A stretch of DNA of 59,711 nt, the filler included. It is 4 parts of 4 records of this genome, joined end to end, with 100 filler letters (N's around TTAATTAATTAA, not from the genome) between each part and the next. Parts side by side here need not be neighbours in the genome. Positions count along the whole stretch, not along the records: positions 1 to 31,364 come from SRR31156797_5935; positions 31,465 to 43,907 come from SRR31156797_5946; 2 more parts are not named here. The stretch is one strand, 5' to 3'. Numbering within the stretch: the stretch's first letter is position 1; each line of letters opens with the position of its first letter. Of this stretch, positions 28,047 to 37,483 are shown in pieces. The notes below the pieces were generated by a model. The model was given only the letters and a program-made list of their open reading frames with translations. It did not search any database and was not told where the DNA came from. A program made the translations under genes and the position numbers.

Positions 28047-29843
28047 CTATTCTTCAATTGAGTTTAAATAAGCTTTCCAGCCACCAAATGCAGATATATC
28101 TTGCGCTTCTAAAGTTGCAATATGCTCACACAAGAAACCTTTTACATATTTTCCATTTCCTAATTCAATATCTCCTATACATAAAGGAGTTGAAATATTC
28201 TTTTCAAAAGCACCAAGATTTTCTATAGGAAGTGACCAAACTTCAATCTCTATTGCATAACCATCATCAGTTTTTATTAATCCTGGTTTTGCTATATCTT
28301 CATTTACTAAGTTATAAAGTTTGTATTTTTTTGCAGTTCTTGTTCTATAAACATAACTTGCATCTAAATCCGTTAATTGGTAGTTTAAAGGCATATTTTT
28401 AAGGTGAGCACCAACTACAGCAATCTCTATTCTCTCTTTTTTGTCTTTGTTACAATCTGCTGTAGAAGTATCAATCTCTACTTTAGAATTCCCATAATAA
28501 AGTTTCATTCCCTCTTGAAGAGTTCTACAAAATAAAGAAAGTGTGTCTTCTTTGTGAGCAACAGCCATTGCAGTTATTCCACTTGCAAAACCATCTTTTC
28601 TTCTTTCTACAGGAATAGCAATAGCACTAAAATCTAATAGGTTTACAAATTTTGTATATAGTCCAATTCTTGAGTTTGCTTCTATTGGCTCATTTTCTAA
28701 GTCTTCAACTGTATATGGTCTAGTAATTGTTGGTAATGCTAATAAATCAATCCCTTCTAAAGCAATCTCAACTTCTCTTTTTAGTTCATTTAGTTTATAT
28801 ATATCTCTGTAAACATCGCTTGATGAGAAATTTTTTGCTTTTGAGATGATGTTTCTTGTTACCTCTAAAACTTTTTGTGGAGCTTTTTCTATTAAGTCTC
28901 CAATCACTGTATATCTTTCAGCAACCCAAGAACCTTCATATAAAAGTTCCCCAACTTCAAAAAATGGCTCTAAATCTATCTCTTTTAGAGTAAACCCTTT
29001 TTCTCTTAGTTCTATTAAAGTTCTTTCATATGATTCCTCTTCTAAGTCATCTCCATAAAATATTCTAGAAGCACTGTTAGGAACACCAATAATCATATCT
29101 TCTGTTTTTTTAGGCTCCGCAATCTCTCTTTTTTTCGAGTAAGGGTCTTTTATGTTATATTGAGCACTTATATCAAAAATCTGTGAGGCATCACAAATAG
29201 TAAGTGCAAAAATTGAAATTGTATCAAGTGTAAGACAAGCAGGAACAACCCCTTGTTTAGAAAGCGTTCCAAGTGTTGGTTTAAACCCAACTATATTATT
29301 TAAAGCAGCAGGAACTCTACCTGAACCAGCTGTATCTGTTCCTAAAGAAAATGAAACAATTTGATGAGAAACTGCAACTGCGGAACCACAACTTGAACCC
29401 CCTGGAACAATTGAAGCATCAACTGCATTTTTAGGTGCACCATAAGGCGTTCTTACTCCCACAAGTCCAGTGGCAAATTGGTCAAGGTTTGTTTTACCTA
29501 TACAAACAGCACCAGCTTCTTTTAGTAATTTTACTACAAAAGCATCTTCAACAGGAGTATATTCATACGCTTCACAAGCAGCAGTTGTAGGAACACCTGC
29601 AACATCAATATTATCTTTTACAGTAAAAGGGATACCCCAAAGTGGTTTATCTGTTAAATTCATATTGTCAAAAGAAGATACCTCTTTTAGAATATCTTCA
29701 ATTGCTTGAAGATGGATAAATATTCCATCATCATTTACCTCTTCAATTCTTCTGTAAACCTCTTTAACTATATCTTCAACTTTAGTTCCTTCTTTATATG
29801 CATCGTGGATACTTTGTATATCAAATAATTGTTTTTCTAACAT
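28047..29843 (-). CDS. atzF: Allophanate hydrolase
   Basis: Amidase signature VKDNID, GKTNLDQFATGLVG, GGSSCGS and GTDTAGSGRVPA, plus the AH C-terminal domain (AVVGAHL..PLNYQL ... DISAFGGW). Confidence 0.9.
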   Translation of the reverse strand: MLEKQLFDIQSIHDAYKEGTKVEDIVKEVYRRIEEVNDDGIFIHLQAIEDILKEVSSFDNMNLTDKPLWGIPFTVKDNIDVAGVPTTAACEAYEYTPVEDAFVVKLLKEAGAVCIGKTNLDQFATGLVGVRTPYGAPKNAVDASIVPGGSSCGSAVAVSHQIVSFSLGTDTAGSGRVPAALNNIVGFKPTLGTLSKQGVVPACLTLDTISIFALTICDASQIFDISAQYNIKDPYSKKREIAEPKKTEDMIIGVPNSASRIFYGDDLEEESYERTLIELREKGFTLKEIDLEPFFEVGELLYEGSWVAERYTVIGDLIEKAPQKVLEVTRNIISKAKNFSSSDVYRDIYKLNELKREVEIALEGIDLLALPTITRPYTVEDLENEPIEANSRIGLYTKFVNLLDFSAIAIPVERRKDGFASGITAMAVAHKEDTLSLFCRTLQEGMKLYYGNSKVEIDTSTADCNKDKKERIEIAVVGAHLKNMPLNYQLTDLDASYVYRTRTAKKYKLYNLVNEDIAKPGLIKTDDGYAIEIEVWSLPIENLGAFEKNISTPLCIGDIELGNGKYVKGFLCEHIATLEAQDISAFGGWKAYLNSIEE

Positions 29844-29873
29844 GCTTTGCCTTTTTTAATTTCTTATGGTGAA

Positions 29874-29905
29874 ATTGTAAAGGTAGGTGGTAAACTAAAA
29901 GTAAA
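29874..29905 (-). promoter_or_regulatory. Candidate response-regulator-dependent promoter for the atzF operon
   Basis: On the minus strand, TTTAC-N6-TTTAC direct repeat (11-bp period) in place of -35, followed by -10 TACAAT. Confidence 0.45.
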
Positions 29906-29963
29906 TTGTTATTTTTTATATGTTAAAAATGGTATAATTTTTTACTTTTTATGAGGGGCTTTT

Positions 29964-30899
29964 ATGAACTTTATTATTTTAGGTACAGGTGGAATTGGTG
30001 CATTTTATGGTGCAAAACTTACTTCGATAGGTCATAAAGTAGTTTTTGTAGCTAGAGGTAAACACCTAGAAGTTTTAAAAGAAGAGGGATTAAAGGTTAC
30101 TCACCCAACTTTTGAATTTAATGAAAAAGTTGATGTTTGTAGTTTTGAAGAGTTAGACAAAGAGTTTGTTCAAACTTGTGATGCAATAATCTTTGCTACA
30201 AAATCAAACTCAACAAAAGAGCTTTCGGAAGCTTTATCAAATATGATAAATAAAGATGAAAATCACCCACACATCATCTCTTTACAAAATGGGGTTGAAA
30301 ACGAAGATATTATTTGTGAATATTTCCCCAAAGAGAAAGTAATAGGTGCAATTGCAAGAAAAATTGGAGCTCATATTATAAAAGAGGGTATCATAGAAGC
30401 AACGGGAGATGTTGAAACTATTATTGGTGCATTAGAGGAAAACTTTACAAACAAAACATTTATACAAGCTTTTAAAGTTGAACTTATGAAAGCAAATACA
30501 AAATGTGAAGTTGTTCACAATATAAAACTTGAGTTATGGAAAAAACTTATTATAAATAATGGTGTAAATGCAATATGTGCATTGCTTAGAATTAAAACTG
30601 GTGTTTTAATGACAAATGAAAAACTATCACAAATTGTTCTAGGTCTTATGAAAGAAACAGCAATAGCTGCAAAAGTTGAGGGGATAGAGATTAGCAAAGA
30701 AGATATAAATCAGATGTTTGAATTAATCAAAAATTTTGATTCAATAAAACCTTCAATGTTAGTTGATGTTGAAAATGGTAGAACCATTGAAATTGATGAG
30801 ATTTGTAATGTTGTTGTTAAAAACTGTGAAAGTCTTGGGGTTGATGCAGCATATACAAAAACTATATCTTATTTATTAGAATTTTCATACTACAATTAA
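29964..30899 (+). CDS. panE: 2-dehydropantoate 2-reductase (PanE/ApbA family)
   Basis: GTGGIG, ATKS, LQNGVE, WKKLIIN and PSMLVD...EID. Confidence 0.85.
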   Translation: MNFIILGTGGIGAFYGAKLTSIGHKVVFVARGKHLEVLKEEGLKVTHPTFEFNEKVDVCSFEELDKEFVQTCDAIIFATKSNSTKELSEALSNMINKDENHPHIISLQNGVENEDIICEYFPKEKVIGAIARKIGAHIIKEGIIEATGDVETIIGALEENFTNKTFIQAFKVELMKANTKCEVVHNIKLELWKKLIINNGVNAICALLRIKTGVLMTNEKLSQIVLGLMKETAIAAKVEGIEISKEDINQMFELIKNFDSIKPSMLVDVENGRTIEIDEICNVVVKNCESLGVDAAYTKTISYLLEFSYYN

Positions 30900-31159
30900 A
30901 ATAGCTAAATAATCTATTTGTCTATAAAATATTTACTTAATATATAAAATTATTATAACTAATTATTTGATAAATAATACAACTTAAAAAATCTATAAAA
31001 TTTATTATAAATTATAAATCCAATAAAATTGGGTCATATAGAGATTTGTTGTGTTATTTCTAGTTAGAGAATCATTTGAAAAACTAATGTTACAAAAATG
31101 AGTAGTTTTAAACTAATTATTTCTATATAATTAATAAATTAGGAAAAAAAGGCTTAAAA

Positions 31160-31364
31160 ATGCTAAATAAACTTTCAATAAAAATAAAACTCTACATATT
31201 GGCTATTATGTCAATTGTTGGTTTGGGGATATTAAGTGTACTTTTATTTCAATCTATTTCAAATATTCATACTTTAGGGAATGCAAAATCGTTAGTTGAA
31301 TCTTTAGATTCAGATATGCTGATGTTAAGACGAAATGAAAAAGATTTTTTAGCTAGAAAAGATT
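31160..31364 (+). CDS. N-terminus of a membrane sensor, probably an MCP (truncated by contig end)
   Basis: LSIKIKL, a TM helix, then LMLRRNEKDF typical of helical periplasmic sensor domains. Confidence 0.65.
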
Positions 31365-31464
31365 NNNNNNNNNNNNNNNNNNNNNNNNNNNNNNNNNNNN
31401 NNNNNNNNTTAATTAATTAANNNNNNNNNNNNNNNNNNNNNNNNNNNNNNNNNNNNNNNNNNNN
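31365..31464. other. Artificial contig linker
   Basis: N44-TTAATTAATTAA-N44; the core has stops in all six frames. Confidence 0.98.
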
Positions 31465-31848
31465 TGTTCAGGAGAAACAGGTCATATGGAAGCAGTGGAA
31501 GTGGAATATGATGAATCAAAAGTGAAACTTGCTCAAATACTTGAGCATTATTTTAAGATAATCGAACCTACATCTGTTAATAAGCAGGGAAATGATAAGG
31601 GAACTCAATATGCAACGGGAATATTTTATTCTGATATCTCAGATAAGGACTTAATAGATAGTTTTATCCGGAAGGAGCAGAAAAAATATGATGATAAGAT
31701 AGCAGTATTAGTTAGCGAGGAGAAAAAATTTTATCTGGCAGAAGAGTATCATCAGGAATATCTTGAGAAAAATCCGCAAGGTTATTGCCATATTAATCTG
31801 AATACAATTTCAAAAAATGATTATCAAGACCCTGTAAGAGAAAAATAG
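31465..31848 (+). CDS. msrA: Peptide methionine sulfoxide reductase MsrA (5' truncated)
   Basis: Frame is open from the contig start: CSGETGHMEAV, QGNDKGTQY, FYLAEEYHQEYL.KNP.GYCH. Confidence 0.9.
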   Translation, partial: CSGETGHMEAVEVEYDESKVKLAQILEHYFKIIEPTSVNKQGNDKGTQYATGIFYSDISDKDLIDSFIRKEQKKYDDKIAVLVSEEKKFYLAEEYHQEYLEKNPQGYCHINLNTISKNDYQDPVREK

Positions 31849-31879
31849 AAACACAAAATTTTAAACTAATATAAAAGAG

Positions 31880-31928
31880 AAAACCTTTCTATGTGATAAT
31901 TTAAATTAAACATAGAAAGGTTTTTTTT
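31880..31928 (+). terminator. Rho-independent terminator
   Basis: AAAACCTTTCTATGT...ACATAGAAAGG followed by T8. Confidence 0.75.
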
Positions 31929-32095
31929 ACTAAAAATATAAAAAGAGTATTTATAAACTTTAAAAGCAACTCAAAAAAGAGTATAATAAAGTATAGCGTA
32001 TACCACGATATTTAAGAAATAAAAATAGTTTACATAATAATTTTCATAAAATAAATTAAGATTTTATTTTAGTTAACAAAGAGTGGAGAGAAGAA

Positions 32096-32863
32096 ATGAA
32101 AAAAATTATTTCGCTTTTAACTGTAATTTTATTATGCTCAAATCTAAATGCAATGGAAAAGTTAAAAATTGGGACAGGAGAATGGCTTCCGCTTACATCG
32201 AAAACTATGGAAAACAAAGGGATTGCTTCTGAAATTTTAGTAAGTGCATTTAGAGAAGAAGGAATCGAAGTTGAATTACAATTTTTACCTTGGAAAAGAT
32301 GTGAGCATTTTCTTGATCAAGGTAAACTGGATGCAATTTTTCCTTATGGAAAAAATGATGAACGATTAAGGAAATATGATTATTCTGAAGGTTTTATAAT
32401 GGTAAGAACAGTTTTCTTTTATCTTAAAAATAATATACCTGAATTAGAATTTGAAAAATATAGTGATCTAAAAAAATATAAAATAATTGGTCAATTAGGC
32501 TATTGGTATGAGGAAACTTTGTCTAATGAAGGTGTTTCTGTTGATTATGTTAATAGTGATGAGCAAATTATTGATATGGTAAAAAGAAAAAGAGTAGATT
32601 TAGGAATATTGACTGATATTGGCGGTTGGTTTATAATAAATAAAGACTTTCCTGAATTTCGTGAAGAGTTCAAAACTACTTATTATGATCTTAAGCCGGG
32701 AAATGTTAAAAAAGAAGAAATGGTTAGTAGTTTAATTGTTACAAAAAGTAATAAACAAGGAAAAGAAATACTAGAAAAGTTTAATAAGGGACTTCAAAAA
32801 ATAAAGGATAATGGAATTTATAATCAAATAATGGAAAAATATAACTTAAAATTTGATATGTAA
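32096..32863 (+). CDS. Solo SBP family 3 substrate-binding protein
   Basis: Signal peptide, GEWLP, FLPWKR and FNKGLQKIKDNGIY. Confidence 0.82.
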   Translation: MKKIISLLTVILLCSNLNAMEKLKIGTGEWLPLTSKTMENKGIASEILVSAFREEGIEVELQFLPWKRCEHFLDQGKLDAIFPYGKNDERLRKYDYSEGFIMVRTVFFYLKNNIPELEFEKYSDLKKYKIIGQLGYWYEETLSNEGVSVDYVNSDEQIIDMVKRKRVDLGILTDIGGWFIINKDFPEFREEFKTTYYDLKPGNVKKEEMVSSLIVTKSNKQGKEILEKFNKGLQKIKDNGIYNQIMEKYNLKFDM

Positions 32864-32900
32864 ATTTTAAGGTTATAGTTTGATATAAAAAATTAAAAAC

Positions 32901-32927
32901 GGCTCAAAGAGTTTAACTCTTTGAGCC
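32901..32927. terminator. Terminator hairpin between convergent genes
   Basis: GGCTCAAAGAGTT-T-AACTCTTTGAGCC, with a U-rich tail on the minus strand. Confidence 0.7.
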
Positions 32928-32947
32928 TAAATAATAAATAGATTATC

Positions 32948-33640
32948 CTAATTTCCGTGAAATTTTTTAATTTCGCTTACTACGTTCTCTTTGATCTGCT
33001 CGATAGTCTTAGCAATATCATCTTTATTTTTACTTCCATTAATCAGTTCAAGAAATTTATTGTCTACAATTTCTTCAATTTGACTAATGGCATTAATAAA
33101 CATATATACATCTCGCCATGACTTAAGCTTTAACCCATCCCATTCCGTATTCCAATTCCTAGGAGTGTGTGGTTCAAATAATATTTTGTATTTAGCATTT
33201 GCACCTTTTAGGTTTTTCGAATGATCATCAATGAATACTGCTCCTTCCATGTTAATCATTGATTTATCAGCCTTAACCTCTCCAGGAAAACTAATAGTTA
33301 TTACTTTAACTTCCGGTATTAATCTTTTAAGCATTTCAAGTTTCTTAGAATTATTAATGTTCTTTCCAACTGTGCAAAAATAAACGTTCTTGTGTTCGGC
33401 ATTAAGTTTTTGGATATACTCAATTGCACCATTAATTGTATTATTACCTGAGTAAACTTCATCACTGGCGAATAGAGAATTAATAACTTCGTTTGAAGTC
33501 CCTCTTGGTATTGCAGGACTAAAGTTCCACTCTTTTACGCTTCGCCAATCACCATCATGACCATATTTCCTGTTATAAAGTTCTACCATTGTTTTTTCCG
33601 TATTCCAAAGTACGCCGTCAATATCGATAAATATCTTCAT
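32948..33640 (-). CDS. 5'(3')-deoxyribonucleotidase (NT5C-like HAD phosphatase) with helical C-terminal extension
   Basis: HAD motif I DIDGV, DKS, FIDD and PRNWN..SW. ATG 33640 is preferred over GTG 33649. Confidence 0.78.
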   Translation of the reverse strand: MKIFIDIDGVLWNTEKTMVELYNRKYGHDGDWRSVKEWNFSPAIPRGTSNEVINSLFASDEVYSGNNTINGAIEYIQKLNAEHKNVYFCTVGKNINNSKKLEMLKRLIPEVKVITISFPGEVKADKSMINMEGAVFIDDHSKNLKGANAKYKILFEPHTPRNWNTEWDGLKLKSWRDVYMFINAISQIEEIVDNKFLELINGSKNKDDIAKTIEQIKENVVSEIKKFHGN

Positions 33641-33672
33641 GCTTACCACCCTACTTTCTTTAGTATATTTTT

Positions 33673-33802
33673 CCTGTCGATTCCATTGCTTTTAGTTTTA
33701 GGCTTAGCCCAAATGCGAAGTAATAACATTTAAAGAAAAGTAATCGATACTTATTGAATCAGGATTTATGCCTGAATATTTACAATTATGATAAATAAAC
33801 AG
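33673..33802 (-). ncRNA. Candidate structured leader or ncRNA upstream of the nucleotidase
   Basis: Nested pairings CCTGT/ACAGG, TATTTAT/GTAAATA, TCAGG/CCTGA, TCGATT/AATCGA and GGCT/AGCC, downstream of a TATAAT. Confidence 0.3.
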
Positions 33803-33894
33803 GTCATATATTTAATTGTATTATATTTTTTGAATATTATAAATAGTTTAAGTCAAATTTATCCAAATTTTTACCAAAAAAATTAAATAAATTA

Positions 33895-34983
33895 TTAATT
33901 TGCTTCATATGTGCTTCTTATGCAGTTATATCCATCATTTTTTGCTTGTTTAAGACATAGATTTACATATTTCATGATATTATCTAAGCTCCTGTTTTTA
34001 TCTCCGGAATATAGCCCTAGGCTAATAGTTGTGATTAACTCTTTTTTGTTCCATTTTAAGTTTTCAATTTGCTCTCTTAAATTTGAAGCAAAGTCTCTAG
34101 TTGCATTTGGAGATTTCTCAGGTAAAATGATCAGAAACTCTTTTCCGCTAATTCTACCAATCATCTCACCATATTTTAGGTTATCTTCTAATAATTTTGC
34201 AATAGTAGCAAGGACCTCATCGCCAAAAGTATAACTATAGGTATTATTAATTGTATTAAAATCATCGATGCTGATCATGATAACAGATAATGGATTTTTT
34301 GAGTATGAATTATCTAAAATATTTTTTAGTTTGTTTAGAATACTCTCTCTGTTATCGATTTTTGTTAGTAGATCTTTTGTAGATGCAGTTATATATTTGC
34401 CATGAACTTCAATAAAGGCGCTATTTTTATTATGATATATTTCTATGATTTTTTTTATTGTAAAAAACATAAATGCTGACATTAAAATCAACGCAAAAGA
34501 TTGATTAATATATTGAGCTTTTCGATTTGCATAAGTAGATATTATCTCAGGATAATTATACTCGATCGCATAAAGTAGCAGAATAACTATAAAATGAAAT
34601 CCTAAAATTAATCCATATCTACTTTTATGTAATAATACCCCCAGAATTACCGCATCGTATATGAAGAAATAAGCGACAACTCCCGAAGCGCCTCCATTGG
34701 TAAACCATAAATAAGGATCAGTAAGGAAAATAGTAAAAACTATTAGAATTACTGCTAAAATCTTGTAATTTCTTTTGAACCTCCCTAGTAAATACAGTCC
34801 AAAATAAGTTAAACCAAAAAATAGATAAATAATTACAGTTCGTAAATTAAGCCCAACGAAAAAACTAATTGGGGCCATTAAAAAGCTAATAATTCCTCCA
34901 AAAAAAGTTAAAATGTTAAAGAATTTATCTTGAATTTCTAAGTCTGTATTAAATTCAAGGATACTATTTAGATATTTTTTCAT
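33895..34983 (-). CDS. Multi-TM GGDEF-domain protein with degenerate active site
   Basis: About six TM segments. ISIDDFNTINNTY..FGDEVL, and RISGKEF in place of RxGG(D/E)EF. Confidence 0.85.
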   Translation of the reverse strand: MKKYLNSILEFNTDLEIQDKFFNILTFFGGIISFLMAPISFFVGLNLRTVIIYLFFGLTYFGLYLLGRFKRNYKILAVILIVFTIFLTDPYLWFTNGGASGVVAYFFIYDAVILGVLLHKSRYGLILGFHFIVILLLYAIEYNYPEIISTYANRKAQYINQSFALILMSAFMFFTIKKIIEIYHNKNSAFIEVHGKYITASTKDLLTKIDNRESILNKLKNILDNSYSKNPLSVIMISIDDFNTINNTYSYTFGDEVLATIAKLLEDNLKYGEMIGRISGKEFLIILPEKSPNATRDFASNLREQIENLKWNKKELITTISLGLYSGDKNRSLDNIMKYVNLCLKQAKNDGYNCIRSTYEAN

Positions 34984-35086
34984 TTTTATACCTCCAAACT
35001 TTATATTTTTTACATTGTACCATTAAATTAGTTTAATTCAATGACTTAATTAATAATACAATGAAAAAATGAAGAAAGAATGAAAA

Positions 35087-37369
35087 TTATTCAATATATA
35101 CGCTGATTGTTTCACTTGTCCCTTTATTGTCAAGAACAGTTAATTTGTTATAACCTTTTTCTAAGCTTAAAAATATCTTTTGCTTTTTACTTTTTTGTAC
35201 AAATTTTTTATTTATAAACCAGAAATATTCGCTAGAACTGTTTGAGTTATTTGAACTCAAAATCTCAATTTTAACTTTTTCGAACTCTCCGTTTATATCC
35301 TTTGGAAGCTTAATTTTCATTCCATTTTGCGGATAAATAAACTTTATATTTTCGTTCATGTTTTCTGTAATAGAGATAGTTTTGATTCCCTGTTTATCCA
35401 GGAAATGTCTTATCTCACTTGAGAAAACTGTTTGAAGTGTTTTACTTAACTCCTGATTTCTTATAGGGTGTTCGTAAAGTTTGTTTTCTTTATCTTTATA
35501 TAGTAGTTTTTGATATGGGTCTTTTCTTAGTTTTTTAGCTTTACTTGAGATAAATGATTTGTTCAGGTTGATATTTTCGAATTCACTTAGCTCTTTTTCT
35601 TTTAATATAGCCGAATAATAGTTTTCAGTAACTTTTATGCTTTTTAAACTGTTCTCTTGTGCCAGGATTTTTCCATTAATTTTATTTTGCTCATAAGTCT
35701 TGGTTGAATAAAGCATGCTGAGAGTATGAAACAAGATAGGAGCGGAGCTCTCTATACCTGATAAATATGAACTAGCTTGTCCGTTAAAATTACCTGTCCA
35801 AACACCGATTATATAATCACTATTTACTCCAATGGCGAGTGCATCTCTCTGACCAAAACTTGTTCCTGTCTTCCAGTAAAATTCTATATTGTTGTTTTTA
35901 AAATAATTAGGTTTACTTACATCTTTTAGAATATCAAGAGTTAAATATGCCGATCCTGAGCTAAATAGATTTTTTTTATCTGTACTCTTTTGATTATTAA
36001 AATATTTAAAATCCGATATTTTTCCGTAATCACCAAGTGAAGAGTACAATCTACATAAATCCCATAAGCTTGTTTCTATACTTCCCAGAATAGATGTCAA
36101 ACCGTAATGCTTCCAGTCAGAGTTTAAATTACTTATATTAGCTGATTTCAGGAAATTATAGAAATTTTCGCTGCCATATAGATTTAGTAGATTTACAGCC
36201 GGTACATTTAGTGATTTCCGGAGTGCATCTCTAGCTGAAACTACACCGGAATAATTTCGAGAAGAGTTTAGCGGACTAAAACTTCCATAATTAATCGGCA
36301 CATCTTCCAGTAGAGAATCAGGGATAATTAATCCATCATCCATTGCAAGTGCATATAAAAATGGCTTAAGAACTGATCCGGTACTTCTAAATGCAGAGAT
36401 TCCGTCAATCTGCCCTGAATGTTTTGAGTCGAAATAATCCTGTGACCCAATATAAGTGATGATCTCTTTAGTTTTATTATCTGCAATTAAAATAGCTGAA
36501 TTATTAATTCCTTTTCTCTTTAAATCTCTTTGTAGAGAACTAAGCAAATCCTCAATATCATTTTGTGTGTTTAGATTCAAAGTAGTATTAATAACAGTTT
36601 CTTTACTGTTTCTGAGGACCCTCTCTGTAAAGTGAGGTGCTTTAAATGGAAATGGATATATTTTATCCGGTAATGCTTCCATTAGTGATAATTTATAATC
36701 AGATTCAGAAATAATATTTTCCAGATACATTTTCTCCAATACTAAATTTCTTTTTTTCAAAAATCTATCTCTATTTTTTACCGTAGTTAAAGATGAAGGT
36801 GCATTTGGAAGAATTGCTAAAGTTGCAGCTTCTGCCCAGGTTAGAAATTCAGCATCTTTATTAAAATATTTATAAGAAGCGGTTTGGTAACCTCTGATAT
36901 TTCCACCATATGGTGCATGATTAAGATATAAATTCAATATTTGATCTTTATCAAATTTTGTTTCAATTTGAAAAGCATGAAATACCTCTTTAATTTTATT
37001 ATAGATATTTCTGTCTTTTGGTTTAAATATTCTGGAAACCTGCATAGTTATAGTACTTGCTCCACTACTTCGTAAGCCGTATCTGATATTTTCATTAATA
37101 GCTCTGATTATAGCAATCAGATCAACACCATGATGTTTGTAGAAATTTTTATCTTCAAAATAAATGACTGCTTTTTTTAATTTCATCGGAATTTCAGTTT
37201 TTCCGGGAGGCAGTATGAACTGCTCACTGTTGTTGAGAGTTACCCTCAAAATATTATTATTACGATCAAGCACAAGCCGACTATAGTTATAATCAAAAAT
37301 ATCATTTGGCAATTTAAAATTCCAAGCAAATAATAAAACTATTATAAAAATGAAGATTAATTTTTTCAT
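35087..37369 (-). CDS. pbpC: Penicillin-binding protein 1C
   Basis: Transglycosylase motifs EDKNFYKHHG, GASTITMQ and YLNHAPYGGN. Transpeptidase motifs SVLK, SLN and KTGT. C-terminal PBP1C-type beta domain. Confidence 0.88.
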   Translation of the reverse strand: MKKLIFIFIIVLLFAWNFKLPNDIFDYNYSRLVLDRNNNILRVTLNNSEQFILPPGKTEIPMKLKKAVIYFEDKNFYKHHGVDLIAIIRAINENIRYGLRSSGASTITMQVSRIFKPKDRNIYNKIKEVFHAFQIETKFDKDQILNLYLNHAPYGGNIRGYQTASYKYFNKDAEFLTWAEAATLAILPNAPSSLTTVKNRDRFLKKRNLVLEKMYLENIISESDYKLSLMEALPDKIYPFPFKAPHFTERVLRNSKETVINTTLNLNTQNDIEDLLSSLQRDLKRKGINNSAILIADNKTKEIITYIGSQDYFDSKHSGQIDGISAFRSTGSVLKPFLYALAMDDGLIIPDSLLEDVPINYGSFSPLNSSRNYSGVVSARDALRKSLNVPAVNLLNLYGSENFYNFLKSANISNLNSDWKHYGLTSILGSIETSLWDLCRLYSSLGDYGKISDFKYFNNQKSTDKKNLFSSGSAYLTLDILKDVSKPNYFKNNNIEFYWKTGTSFGQRDALAIGVNSDYIIGVWTGNFNGQASSYLSGIESSAPILFHTLSMLYSTKTYEQNKINGKILAQENSLKSIKVTENYYSAILKEKELSEFENINLNKSFISSKAKKLRKDPYQKLLYKDKENKLYEHPIRNQELSKTLQTVFSSEIRHFLDKQGIKTISITENMNENIKFIYPQNGMKIKLPKDINGEFEKVKIEILSSNNSNSSSEYFWFINKKFVQKSKKQKIFLSLEKGYNKLTVLDNKGTSETISVYIE

Positions 37370-37483
37370 ATTTTTCCCTCTATTTCTCTTTTATGTAACA
37401 AGAAAAGCCTTGTATAAAGAAAATATGCTTTGCAAATTCAGTAATATTTTACTGATTTGCAAAGCATTTTTAAATTTTTTAAA

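Noticed and set aside
33650..33810. Retron msr/msd or tRNA interpretation of the structured leader
   Set aside because: No reverse transcriptase nearby, and no T-arm or acceptor-stem consensus.
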